NCBI GenBank assembly: GCA_024635455.1
Contig: JAGXIU010000003.1
Coordinates: forward strand, 226,446-290,445
DNA length: 64,000 bases
Direction: 5' to 3'
Source: Candidatus Saccharimonadota bacterium
GTDB taxonomy: Bacteria; Patescibacteriota; Saccharimonadia; Saccharimonadales; SLHW01
This document shows, piece by piece, positions 1 through 8,472 of this stretch. Each line of letters starts with the position of its first letter. Position 1 is the first letter of the stretch. The notes below the pieces were generated by a model, which saw nothing but the letters and a program-made list of their open reading frames with translations, was not told the DNA's origin and did not search any database. The translations under genes were made by a program, and so were the position numbers.

Positions 1-82
1 TGCAGGGAGAGGGATTCGAACCCCCGAAGGCTGAGCCAGCTGATTTACAGTCAGCCGTGTTTGACCGCTTCACTATCCCTGC
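1..82 (-). tRNA. tRNA-Tyr(GTA); CCA end would lie outside the window
   Basis: Reverse complement GCAGGGATAGTGAAGCGGTCAAACACGGCTGACT-GTA-AATCAGC...GGTTCGAATCCCTCTCCCTGCA; long variable arm, TTCGAA T-loop. Confidence 0.93.
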
Positions 83-123
83 TTATTTGAAATGTACGAA
101 CTACCTGCTTTATCTAGTAGTTA

Positions 124-199
124 TGGAGCCTAGAACGGGATTTGAACCCGTGACCTCATCCTTACCATGGATGCGCTCTACCAACTGAGCTATCTAGGC
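124..199 (-). tRNA. tRNA-Thr(GGT)
   Basis: Reverse complement GCCTAGATAGCTCAGTTGGTAGAGCG-CATCCAT-GGT-AAGGATG-AGGTCACGGGTTCAAATCCCGTTCTAGGCTCCA, 76 nt with encoded CCA. Confidence 0.95.
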
Positions 200-336
200 G
201 CATACATAAGGCTTAAACCCGAAGCCAGTATAACGTATATGGCGCTCGTTGGTATATTACGAAATACACTATTTATCATTTAGTTCGCCGTTGAGCGGTA
301 ATTGATACCACAGAAGTGTATCAAAATATGGCTATA

Positions 337-993
337 CTACACAACCCTTCTTGGCCGTTTAACTTTTTGCCGAGACGGCTGTTTTTTTGATTGCCGCATT
401 TTGTGTAGTCTATCGTCAATTTGATCCGCCTCTGCCTGCTTACCTATGCTAATGTAGGCCTTCATAAGCAGTTGTAAGCTCTCTCGGCTGGTCTCTATCT
501 CCACAGCTGTCTCGAGCTCTTTCACGGTTAGCTTCATATTGCCTAGTTTTTCTTGTACTTTTGCGTAAGCGATATGCCGGGCTGCAAGCGTATCTTCAAG
601 ACGAAGAGCTTGCTCGAATGCAACTGCCGCACGCTCATAATTTTCTGTTTCATAATAGATAAGGCCAAGATTATGTAAACTAGAGGCGGTAGGCTCGATA
701 CTACTGGCAATTTCAAAACAATCAATCGCATCTTTATACTCTTTTTGTTTTGCATATAGTATACCGAGTCGGTTATAGGCGGCAGCGTTGCGTTTATCTA
801 TTTTTAATATCGTTAATAACGCCTTTTCGGCGCGTGCAAGACGGTTTTCACGCATACCTTGATGAGCAATATCCCAAAGCTTACCTAAACGATCACCAAT
901 TATCTTAGGGATAATGATATTGTCGCTATCTTTTGGTTTTGCGTTCTGTAACGTCAATAAACCAAATCCAAATACTAGTGCTAACTCTAACAT
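337..993 (-). CDS. TPR-repeat protein with N-terminal hydrophobic anchor
   Basis: AAAYNRLGILY and SSLHNLGLIYY TPR repeats; hydrophobic N-terminus. Confidence 0.8.
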   Translation of the reverse strand: MLELALVFGFGLLTLQNAKPKDSDNIIIPKIIGDRLGKLWDIAHQGMRENRLARAEKALLTILKIDKRNAAAYNRLGILYAKQKEYKDAIDCFEIASSIEPTASSLHNLGLIYYETENYERAAVAFEQALRLEDTLAARHIAYAKVQEKLGNMKLTVKELETAVEIETSRESLQLLMKAYISIGKQAEADQIDDRLHKMRQSKKQPSRQKVKRPRRVV

Positions 994-1008
994 CCACGTA
1001 ACATTCTA

Positions 1009-1848
1009 CTATACATTCAGGAATAAATCAGTAAGTATCAAACGAGGCTGGATATTGCGGTACAGATCTGACTCAGCACTTACTACTTGTTTGAGACGCT
1101 GGACGTTTTTTTCTGAAATTTCTTGCCTTAGCATGAAGTCTAAAATACGTTTCATGCAATATAGTATACGACCGACTTCTAGCGAATCGTTCTTTAAGCT
1201 ATCGATCATGCAAAGTCTCATATAAATACTACTCGACAGAATCTTTTTCGCCGTATCCATATGTGCAAGTAGTGGATGATCGACGCCTGATATTAATGCA
1301 GTAAACAGGCCAATGTTCCCGCCACTTAAATGATATGAACGAGTAATTTCTTGGTCTGAGACATCCACGAAGGCCTCACGAGCTGCTTGTAGTGTTACCG
1401 GCCGTACCGGGATTGACGTAAGCCGTGATGTAACCGTGTCAGCCAGGCTCGCCTTTGATAGAGCCGTAAGTATAAGCATAGTATCGGCTGGTGGCTCTTC
1501 TAGCGTCTTGAGTAGTGCGTTTTGCGCTTCTTCACGCATCATATGAGCATCTTGAATAATAATGATTCGTCTAATCTGTTGATTGCCCGGAACTTTCAGC
1601 TTTACGAGTTCCTTAATGCGACGGACCTGGTCAATGCTGATTGATTGGTTTTCTGGCTGAATAGTATGCGTATTAGCAGAACTAGCGCCTGCCCCAGTAT
1701 GACCGATAGCCTCTGATGCAATGTGTTTTGCTAGATGAAATTTGCCAGCGCCTTCATCCCCGTACAACAATAACGCGTGCGGTGGATGGTCAAGCAAAGA
1801 TTTCATTGCTTGCTCAGTATAGGGATTGTACAGCGTTAAGACGGCCAT
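1009..1848 (-). CDS. holB: DNA polymerase III delta' (HolB)-like clamp loader subunit
   Basis: HALLLYGDEGAGK, ISIDQVR, AQNALLKTLEEPP, TVTSR; start moved to MAVLTL just after the rluA stop. Confidence 0.8.
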   Translation of the reverse strand: MAVLTLYNPYTEQAMKSLLDHPPHALLLYGDEGAGKFHLAKHIASEAIGHTGAGASSANTHTIQPENQSISIDQVRRIKELVKLKVPGNQQIRRIIIIQDAHMMREEAQNALLKTLEEPPADTMLILTALSKASLADTVTSRLTSIPVRPVTLQAAREAFVDVSDQEITRSYHLSGGNIGLFTALISGVDHPLLAHMDTAKKILSSSIYMRLCMIDSLKNDSLEVGRILYCMKRILDFMLRQEISEKNVQRLKQVVSAESDLYRNIQPRLILTDLFLNV

Positions 1849-1849
1849 C

Positions 1850-2719
1850 TTACTGTGCGACCTTTTGTTCAAAAATATCTGGCACAGGCGCTGTAAAGGT
1901 CTCACGCTGGTTTGGGCGAACATATAGCGTTAGTTGATGCGCATGAAGATACAGTCTCTCCGCCTCTTCACCACCGTAGAGAAAATCACCAACAATCGGA
2001 CACTGAATGTAGGCCATGTGTACGCGAAGTTGGTGAGTTCGGCCAGTCTTTGGCTGCAGGGCAATGAGACTGTACGAAGAATTAGCTTGTTGCACTAAAT
2101 ATGTGGTATGCGCTTCTTTGCCACGCCTGCCAGCACGGAACGTAGCTGGTTTTTTTGGGTTTCGTTCTATAGGAACGTCTATATTTGCTTCTGTATGCTT
2201 CGGCACACCAGCCACAACAGCAATGTATTCTTTACGAACGATACGATCTGCAAACTGTTTTTGTAGGTGTACTGTTGCCTCTGGTGTTTTCGCGCAAATC
2301 ATGAGGCCGCTTGTAGCTCGATCCAGCCGATGAACAATGCCATATCGTATATTATCGTTTCCAGCCATTGCTTGTGCGTGTTGCCGCAAAAAGCTAGCAA
2401 CACTAGGTTCTTGTTTAAACTTACTTAAGGCATGACTCAACACACCAGCAGGCTTATTCACGACTAGTATATCTTCGTCCTCATAAACAATCGGGATATT
2501 GATTTCTGGTATTTCTCCGATTGACTCCATGTCATATAGGATTTCAACCGTATCTCCGCGGCTCAACTTATAGCCCGATTTTTGTGGATTTTTGTTAACT
2601 AGTACTTGGTTGTCCTTACATAAACTTTGTAAAAAACTACGACTAATCTGAGGGAAATGAGCAGCCAGAACATGGTCAACTCGTTTTTTATCCTCACGTG
2701 GCTCAACGGTAAATAACAT
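1850..2719 (-). CDS. rluD: RluA/RluD-family pseudouridine synthase
   Basis: N-terminal S4 domain, VVNKPAG, VHRLDRATSG, TGRTHQLRVH. Confidence 0.88.
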   Translation of the reverse strand: MLFTVEPREDKKRVDHVLAAHFPQISRSFLQSLCKDNQVLVNKNPQKSGYKLSRGDTVEILYDMESIGEIPEINIPIVYEDEDILVVNKPAGVLSHALSKFKQEPSVASFLRQHAQAMAGNDNIRYGIVHRLDRATSGLMICAKTPEATVHLQKQFADRIVRKEYIAVVAGVPKHTEANIDVPIERNPKKPATFRAGRRGKEAHTTYLVQQANSSYSLIALQPKTGRTHQLRVHMAYIQCPIVGDFLYGGEEAERLYLHAHQLTLYVRPNQRETFTAPVPDIFEQKVAQ

Positions 2720-2727
2720 ATGCGTTC

Positions 2728-3831
2728 CTACCGCCGTAAGCCAATGGCTCGCTGAACATCGTACAAGTGTCTATTTGCTATCTGATTCATGAGTTGTTCT
2801 GAGTGTTGCAAGTGGGATTCCACGGTTGCTTGTTTGACCGTCGAGCGCATCTGCTGGTGCTCACCCAGAAAGGCTGCAATCTTATCAGCCACCGCTGATT
2901 TGAGTGGCCCGTATTGTACCTGACCAAGAAATTCATGCTGGCTCCCGCCAAATAATGTATATAAATCAAGCAAGTTGCTCACACCTGGGCGTTTGTCGAA
3001 ATCATATTGAACGTCCTCATAACTATCAGTCGTTGCAGACATGATTTTTTTGCGAGCAACCTCCGGGTTATCGCTCAGGAATATGACACCCTTACCGGTG
3101 TCGTCACTCTTACTCATCTTTTTGGTTGGGTCGGCAAGATCCCGAACCCGCAGACCCTGATCTTTTCCAAAAAACTCATGTTGGTGTTTGACTGATTCTG
3201 GTAAGACAAATAGTTCTTGTTCAAACTTATTATTAATGCGCTCTGCAATGTCTCGAGTGAACTCCAGATGTTGAGTTTGATCGTCGCCAACTGGTACATA
3301 GCGAGCGTTGTACAATAAAATATCAGCGGCCATTAATATTGGATAATTAAACAAACCAACACTCCCATTCTCTTCAGTTTTTCGGATAGTAGTATCGCTC
3401 TGATCTTCGACTTCATGCGTATCCGATGGTTCAATGTTTGTGTTTTGGTGCTGAGCTACTATCGAGCGCCCTTTTTCTTTGAACTGTGTCATACGAAACA
3501 TCTCACCGAATCCGGTAAAGTTACTCAAGATTAATGCGAGTTCGCTGTGAGCTGGTATAAAGCTCTGACGGTACACGTGGACATTCTCATGATCAATCGG
3601 TAACCCGAGAGCAATGTAGTTCGATACAGTATCAAAAATAGCGTCTTGTAACCTGCTATGGTCTATCGGGGTAGTAAAACTATGTAAGTCAGGTACGAAC
3701 AAATTAATCTGATAATCATCAGCGTGTTCTTTTGCTAGATCTATCATCGGCAACAGAGCACCTAGATAATTGCCGATATGTAGGTCGTTATTGACGCGGA
3801 GGCCGGTAAGAATTGTTGTTTTGCTACTCAT
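2728..3831 (-). CDS. trpS: Tryptophanyl-tRNA synthetase
   Basis: HIGN, YPILMAADILLY, VPVGDDQTQHLE, KMSKS. Confidence 0.96.
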   Translation of the reverse strand: MSSKTTILTGLRVNNDLHIGNYLGALLPMIDLAKEHADDYQINLFVPDLHSFTTPIDHSRLQDAIFDTVSNYIALGLPIDHENVHVYRQSFIPAHSELALILSNFTGFGEMFRMTQFKEKGRSIVAQHQNTNIEPSDTHEVEDQSDTTIRKTEENGSVGLFNYPILMAADILLYNARYVPVGDDQTQHLEFTRDIAERINNKFEQELFVLPESVKHQHEFFGKDQGLRVRDLADPTKKMSKSDDTGKGVIFLSDNPEVARKKIMSATTDSYEDVQYDFDKRPGVSNLLDLYTLFGGSQHEFLGQVQYGPLKSAVADKIAAFLGEHQQMRSTVKQATVESHLQHSEQLMNQIANRHLYDVQRAIGLRR

Positions 3832-4097
3832 AACGTATTGCCTTCATTATAACGTACTTGCCCTGTAGCTGAGACTGTATTTGTGTATTCTTCCCCTAAT
3901 TCATGTCGCGCGCGCTCAAAACACTCAGGCAACACATCACCTATTCTGCTACATTCCCCCTGTTCTAAGGATACCTCGGCATACTGGAGAGCAAGTGATT
4001 GAATTGTGTGCATTGGACTATCCGTAGAATACACGCGCTGTATAGGTGAGTTCGCTTCGGGTGAATGATTATCTGATTCTATATTATTAATTCTCAT
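3828..4097 (-). CDS. Hypothetical protein, translationally coupled to trpS
   Basis: ORF with GGAG upstream of MRINNIE (alternative start 4115); its TGA overlaps the trpS ATG (ATGA). Confidence 0.6.
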   Translation of the reverse strand: MRINNIESDNHSPEANSPIQRVYSTDSPMHTIQSLALQYAEVSLEQGECSRIGDVLPECFERARHELGEEYTNTVSATGQVRYNEGNTL

Positions 4098-4115
4098 TGA
4101 TAGATCTCCATGCAT

Positions 4116-4144
4116 AAAAAAACCGCCTCTCTGCAGAGACGGTC
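4116..4144 (-). terminator. Intrinsic terminator (attenuator) upstream of the trpS unit
   Basis: ACCGTCTCT-GCAG-AGAGGCGGT followed by a T-tract on the minus strand. Confidence 0.85.
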
Positions 4145-4175
4145 TACGAATTATTTTTAATATTTTGTTAGAAAA

Positions 4176-4247
4176 CTACGTAGTTAGACCGCCTCGAGCT
4201 GAGTCGGTAAACCAAATATTGAAATTTGTACGTATATATCTTTTCAC
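4176..4247 (-). CDS. Putative Trp leader peptide MKRYIRTNFNIWFTDSARGGLTT (23 aa, GTG start)
   Basis: Short ORF between promoter and terminator; single TGG at codon 12; distal codons contain GAGGCGGTCTA, complementary to the terminator 5' arm. Confidence 0.72.
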   Translation of the reverse strand: MKRYIRTNFNIWFTDSARGGLTT

Positions 4248-4255
4248 TGCTTCAG

Positions 4256-4284
4256 ATAGTACAAAACGCATAATGTTTTGTCAA
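4256..4284 (-). promoter_or_regulatory. Sigma70-type promoter of the trpS leader
   Basis: TTGACA-N17-TACTAT. Confidence 0.8.
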
Positions 4285-4302
4285 AAAAGTACGGAACAGC
4301 AA

Positions 4303-4704
4303 TTAACGCTTGGTGAATTGTCGTTGCTTACGAGCACTGCGTAGACCAGGCTTCTTGCGTTCTTTCTCGCGTGGATCGCGACCGAGTAAGTCAGCACGTT
4401 TCAACGTGCTCTTTAAATCAGGATTCATGACGATAAGTGATTTTGCAATCGCTAAGCGTATCGCCTCAACTTGTCCAGTCAAACCGCCGCCCTTTACTAC
4501 AACACTGAGGTCGTACTTCATAGGGTCTAAATCAACAACTACGAATGGTTGACCGAGCTTATGTAGAAGTGGCTTGCTGTTATTGAAAAAGTCTTTTACG
4601 TCTTTGCCGTTAATGACAAATCCGCCTTTTCCATTCTGGAGACGTACACGTGCAGTCGAACTCTTACGTCTTCCAAGAGCGTAGTGGTAGTGTGGTTCAG
4701 CCAT
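4303..4704 (-). CDS. rpsI: 30S ribosomal protein S9
   Basis: GRRKSSTARV, GGGLTGQ, ERKKPGLRSARKQRQFTKR. Confidence 0.97.
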   Translation of the reverse strand: MAEPHYHYALGRRKSSTARVRLQNGKGGFVINGKDVKDFFNNSKPLLHKLGQPFVVVDLDPMKYDLSVVVKGGGLTGQVEAIRLAIAKSLIVMNPDLKSTLKRADLLGRDPREKERKKPGLRSARKQRQFTKR

Positions 4705-5147
4705 TATTTCTTGCCTTTCTTCAATGATACCGTTACCGGTTTTTGTGCTTCGTGTGTGTGCTCAGTACCGTTAAATACCTTGAGCCGTTTTAAACGCTCA
4801 TCACGCAGTTTATTAGCCGGCAGCATGCCGCGAACAGCTTGTGTAATTGCCTGAGAAGCATCTTTTTCTATAACTTGTTCAAGAGATTTACTGTATATAC
4901 CACCCGGGTGACCGCTGTGTCGATAATATGTTTTATCTAATCTTTTATTACCTGTCACCTGAAGTTGATCAGCGTTTGTGATAACCACAAAATCCCCACA
5001 ATCAATGTGAGCAGTGTATTGAGGCTTGCCCTTACCCATCAGGAGCCCTGCTACGACTGTGGCTAAACGTCCTAAAGTTACTTCAGAAGCATCAAAATGG
5101 TGCCACTGTCGAGTTACTTCTGTTGGTTTTGCACTATATGTCTTCAT
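4704..5147 (-). CDS. rplM: 50S ribosomal protein L13
   Basis: LGRLAT, GKGKPQYTAHIDCGD, YRHSGHPGG. Confidence 0.97.
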   Translation of the reverse strand: MKTYSAKPTEVTRQWHHFDASEVTLGRLATVVAGLLMGKGKPQYTAHIDCGDFVVITNADQLQVTGNKRLDKTYYRHSGHPGGIYSKSLEQVIEKDASQAITQAVRGMLPANKLRDERLKRLKVFNGTEHTHEAQKPVTVSLKKGKK

Positions 5148-5149
5148 GA

Positions 5150-5587
5150 TTACGCCTTCGCTTTCTTGACAGCCTGCTTTGGAGCCGCTTCTTCAACAAC
5201 TGCCTCTGCGCTGTCGTTTACACCCGAAATATCATCAACGAATGATATACGAGCCAGTTGAGCATTGTCTCCGCGCCGCACACGTGTTCGTTCGATACGT
5301 AAGTAACCACTCGTTCGATCTTTCAAGAGTGGAGCTATCTCGTCAACGAGCTTATGAGCACTCGTAAGTGTATGTAGCCGCGCGATAATAAGACGACGAT
5401 TATGTACATCTGCCTTCTTAGCTTTCGTAATGAGCTTCTCCATGTATGGTCGTAGTTCCTTCGCCTTCGGAAGTGTTGTCTCTACTGCGCCATGTTCTAC
5501 AAGAGAATCAGCCAGGCTCTTCATCATCGAGCGACGCTGATCAGCTTCTCTGTGGAATTTTCGTCCTTTATACCCGTGTCGATGCAT
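5150..5587 (-). CDS. rplQ: 50S ribosomal protein L17
   Basis: ETTLPKAKELR, RRGDNA. Confidence 0.96.
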   Translation of the reverse strand: MHRHGYKGRKFHREADQRRSMMKSLADSLVEHGAVETTLPKAKELRPYMEKLITKAKKADVHNRRLIIARLHTLTSAHKLVDEIAPLLKDRTSGYLRIERTRVRRGDNAQLARISFVDDISGVNDSAEAVVEEAAPKQAVKKAKA

Positions 5588-5589
5588 AA

Positions 5590-6528
5590 TTACAGCTCCA
5601 ACTCAGCCATTTTATCTTTAACTTCATCAAGAGCCTTGTTGCCAAAGCCTTTCAACTCACGAAGCTCAATATCACTTAGAGAAAACAAATCTTTCAAGGT
5701 ATGCACTTCGTTATTGATTAGCGCATTTGTGGTACGAGCTGATAGATTCAGGTCTTCAATAGATGTTAGTAGTTCAGCTGGCTCATCGGATTCTGGCTCT
5801 ACTTCGATTGTCTGAGCCGTTAATGGAGCGCCGGCTTCTACTTCAGTTTGACCAGCTAGTGCAGTGTATTGATTAACTAATATTGCTGCAGCTTCTTCAA
5901 AGGCGTCACGAGGTGTAATTGTGCCATCAGTGTCAACAGTGATAAGAACCTTATCAAGGTCAGTTATCTGCCCGACACGAGTGTCTTCAACTTTGTAACG
6001 TACACGCAGGATTGGACTAAAAGCGGCGTCTAGAGCAATGAGATCTGATCGTTTTCGCTCAGAAACTTCCTCGATAGTGCGGTAACCGCGACCTGTTTCA
6101 ACTACAATATCCATGCTGAAAGATGCTTTCGCATCATCAATCGTAGCGATAACTTGATCCGGGTTCACAACCTCAACATCTGCATTTAGTTCAATATCTT
6201 TCGCAGTTACGTCGCCTTTACCTTTTTTGGTTATACGCAGCGTCTGAACTTCATCACCATATAACTTAAAGCGAATGGACTTCAGGTTTAGCATGATATC
6301 AACAATATCTTCTTTTACTCCAGGCAGCGTCGTAAACTCGTGAGTTGCGCCTTCTACCTTAAAGCCAGTGATAGCGGCTCCGGCAATACTAGAGAGTAGT
6401 ACTCTACGGATAGAGTTACCAAGAGTCATGCCATAACCTGTGTGTAATGGTTCGATAGTGAACGTTGCGCTGTTGGTGTCGTGTTCGTTAACACTAACTA
6501 GCCCCGGTGTGTGAATAAGATTTGACAT
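5590..6528 (-). CDS. rpoA: RNA polymerase alpha subunit
   Basis: EPLHTGYGMTLGNSIRRVLLSS, HEFTTLPGVKED, alpha-CTD LSARTTNAL. Confidence 0.97.
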   Translation of the reverse strand: MSNLIHTPGLVSVNEHDTNSATFTIEPLHTGYGMTLGNSIRRVLLSSIAGAAITGFKVEGATHEFTTLPGVKEDIVDIMLNLKSIRFKLYGDEVQTLRITKKGKGDVTAKDIELNADVEVVNPDQVIATIDDAKASFSMDIVVETGRGYRTIEEVSERKRSDLIALDAAFSPILRVRYKVEDTRVGQITDLDKVLITVDTDGTITPRDAFEEAAAILVNQYTALAGQTEVEAGAPLTAQTIEVEPESDEPAELLTSIEDLNLSARTTNALINNEVHTLKDLFSLSDIELRELKGFGNKALDEVKDKMAELEL

Positions 6529-6546
6529 AATATGTGTTCGGCCTCC

Positions 6547-7161
6547 CTACCGTGAATAATACTCTACAATTAATTGCTCATTAATGTCTGGCTCAGCGTC
6601 ATCGCGCGACGGTGATCCAGATACAACAATTTCAAACTTTTTACGATTGACTTTGAGCCACGCTGGTGACTCTGATGGTGCTGGACTGGTGTCGTCAATC
6701 TTCTTAAAATATTCGTTCTGCTGGCTTTTCTTGCGCAAAACAATCTTGTCATCTGCCTTCAGGCGAATCGATGGGATATCTACACGACGTCCATTTAGTT
6801 CGAAATGACCATGCGTTACAAGCTGTCGAGCAGCTCGGCGTGATGGAGCAAATCCAGCTCGGTATACAGCGTTATCCATACGACTCTCTAGGAACTCAAG
6901 TAGTGTTGCTCCTGATTTGCCTTTAGCTTTCGATGCTTCTTTCATCAAATTACTAAATTGTCGTTCGAGAAGACCATACAGTCGTTTTACTTTCTGCTTC
7001 TCTCGTAACTGAATAGCGTATTGGCTCGGCTTGCCGCGTTGGTTACGACCCTGTTCACCAGGAACGGTAGATCGCTTAACAAGAGCCTTGTGTGCTTTCG
7101 GGTGAAGTGCATAGCCTTCACGACGACTCATTTTTACAATTGACTGTCTATCTCGTGCCAT
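6547..7161 (-). CDS. rpsD: 30S ribosomal protein S4
   Basis: YAIQLREKQK, LESRMDN, ARQLVTHGH, IVEYYSR; start at MARDRQS. Confidence 0.96.
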   Translation of the reverse strand: MARDRQSIVKMSRREGYALHPKAHKALVKRSTVPGEQGRNQRGKPSQYAIQLREKQKVKRLYGLLERQFSNLMKEASKAKGKSGATLLEFLESRMDNAVYRAGFAPSRRAARQLVTHGHFELNGRRVDIPSIRLKADDKIVLRKKSQQNEYFKKIDDTSPAPSESPAWLKVNRKKFEIVVSGSPSRDDAEPDINEQLIVEYYSR

Positions 7162-7165
7162 TATG

Positions 7166-7585
7166 CTATACCCTTCGTGCCTTTCTTGGACGGCATCCAC
7201 CATGCGCAACTCCAGTTACATCAATAATAGATTCCACTACAATATCGTGATTCTGCATCGCACGGACAACTGCTTCACGTCCGAGCCCAACGCCTCTAAT
7301 GTAGGCGTCCACCTTGGAGGTGCCATGTAGTTGCTTTAATGATTCAGCTGCTTTATCTGCGGCAACTTGAGCAGCATAAGCAGTAGATTTTTTGCTCCCA
7401 CGGAAACCGCATGCGCCAGCGCTAGAGCTAACTAGTGCGCCACCGCTTTGATCTGTAAAGGTTACGATGGTGTTATTAAATGTAGCCAGTACATGCAGTT
7501 GTGCATACGGAACCGAACGCTTGGCTTTTTTTCGTCGAGCCTTCGCTGGGGCATCAGTTGTTGGTTTAGTAGTTTGTTCACTCAT
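7166..7585 (-). CDS. rpsK: 30S ribosomal protein S11
   Basis: ATFNNTIVT, GFRGSKKSTAYAAQ, HGGCRP. Confidence 0.97.
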   Translation of the reverse strand: MSEQTTKPTTDAPAKARRKKAKRSVPYAQLHVLATFNNTIVTFTDQSGGALVSSSAGACGFRGSKKSTAYAAQVAADKAAESLKQLHGTSKVDAYIRGVGLGREAVVRAMQNHDIVVESIIDVTGVAHGGCRPRKARRV

Positions 7586-7608
7586 AATTATATATACTCA
7601 GTTCCTTC

Positions 7609-7995
7609 CTACGTCTTGGTAGCAGCTTTCTTTTGTGTACCACCAACTGCAACACGTTTACCACGTCTTGTACGAGCATTTGTCTTGGTGCGCTGGCCTC
7701 TGCTAGGCAGATTTGATTTATGTCGTGTACCACGATAAGCATTGATATCTTTTAGACGTTTGATGTTTGTTGATACTGAACGCTGTAACTCACCCTCAAC
7801 GGTATAATCTTCGTTGATACATTCTTGGATTTTTGACAGTTCAGCGTCAGTAAGATCTTTAACACGAACAATCGGATCGATCTTCGTCTTTTCTAAAATC
7901 TGTGCACTATACGCTCGTCCAATACCATGAACATAGGTGAGAGATATTTGTACTTGCTTGTTATCTGGAATGACAACTCCTGATATACGTGCCAT
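7609..7995 (-). CDS. rpsM: 30S ribosomal protein S13
   Basis: MARISGV, YRGTRH, RGQRTKTNARTR. Confidence 0.97.
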   Translation of the reverse strand: MARISGVVIPDNKQVQISLTYVHGIGRAYSAQILEKTKIDPIVRVKDLTDAELSKIQECINEDYTVEGELQRSVSTNIKRLKDINAYRGTRHKSNLPSRGQRTKTNARTRRGKRVAVGGTQKKAATKT

Positions 7996-7998
7996 ACG

Positions 7999-8115
7999 TT
8001 ACCCCTGCCTCTGTTTGTGCTTCGGTTTATACTTATTGATAACATAGAGCCTACCTTTGCGGCGGACGATCTTGTCATCTGGACTAATTTTCTTAACACT
8101 TGCACGCACTTTCAT
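7999..8115 (-). CDS. rpmJ: 50S ribosomal protein L36, zinc-free (C-) type; not in ORF track
   Basis: Manual translation [44 protein letters not shown] upstream; lies between infA and rpsM. Confidence 0.95.
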   Translation of the reverse strand: MKVRASVKKISPDDKIVRRKGRLYVINKYKPKHKQRQG

Positions 8116-8167
8116 GCGGATCATCTCCTTTTAACTCAGCGATGACACACTGCTTAATTTAATAAAG

Positions 8168-8389
8168 TTACTTGTTACGGTAGGTTATCCGACCCTTCGT
8201 AAGATCGTAAGGCGTCAACTCAACCTTGACCGTGTCTCCGGGTACAAGACGGATGTAGTACTTCCGCATCTTACCGGCAACATGAGCTATGATTTCATGG
8301 CCATTCTCAAGCTCAACCCGAAACTGTGTTCCAGGTAATGCCTCGGTGATTACACCGTCCAACTCGATTACTTCCTTATTTTTGGCCAT
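8168..8389 (-). CDS. infA: Translation initiation factor IF-1
   Basis: [31 protein letters not shown]. Confidence 0.97.
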   Translation of the reverse strand: MAKNKEVIELDGVITEALPGTQFRVELENGHEIIAHVAGKMRKYYIRLVPGDTVKVELTPYDLTKGRITYRNK

Positions 8390-8472
8390 AAAAATATAAC
8401 AAGTCTTGATTATACCAGTAAGTAACAGATAATGTAAAGTGTTTTTTTATTATTTGCATATCTATAAAACCT

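Noticed and set aside
4116..4255. T-box riboswitch upstream of trpS
   Set aside because: No GGTGGnACC T-box sequence or stem I motifs; the leader-peptide model fits better.
4261..4281. Palindrome ACAAAAC-N7-GTTTTGT in the trpS promoter spacer as a TrpR operator
   Set aside because: Does not match the GNACT-type TrpR box and is low-complexity; it may be chance.
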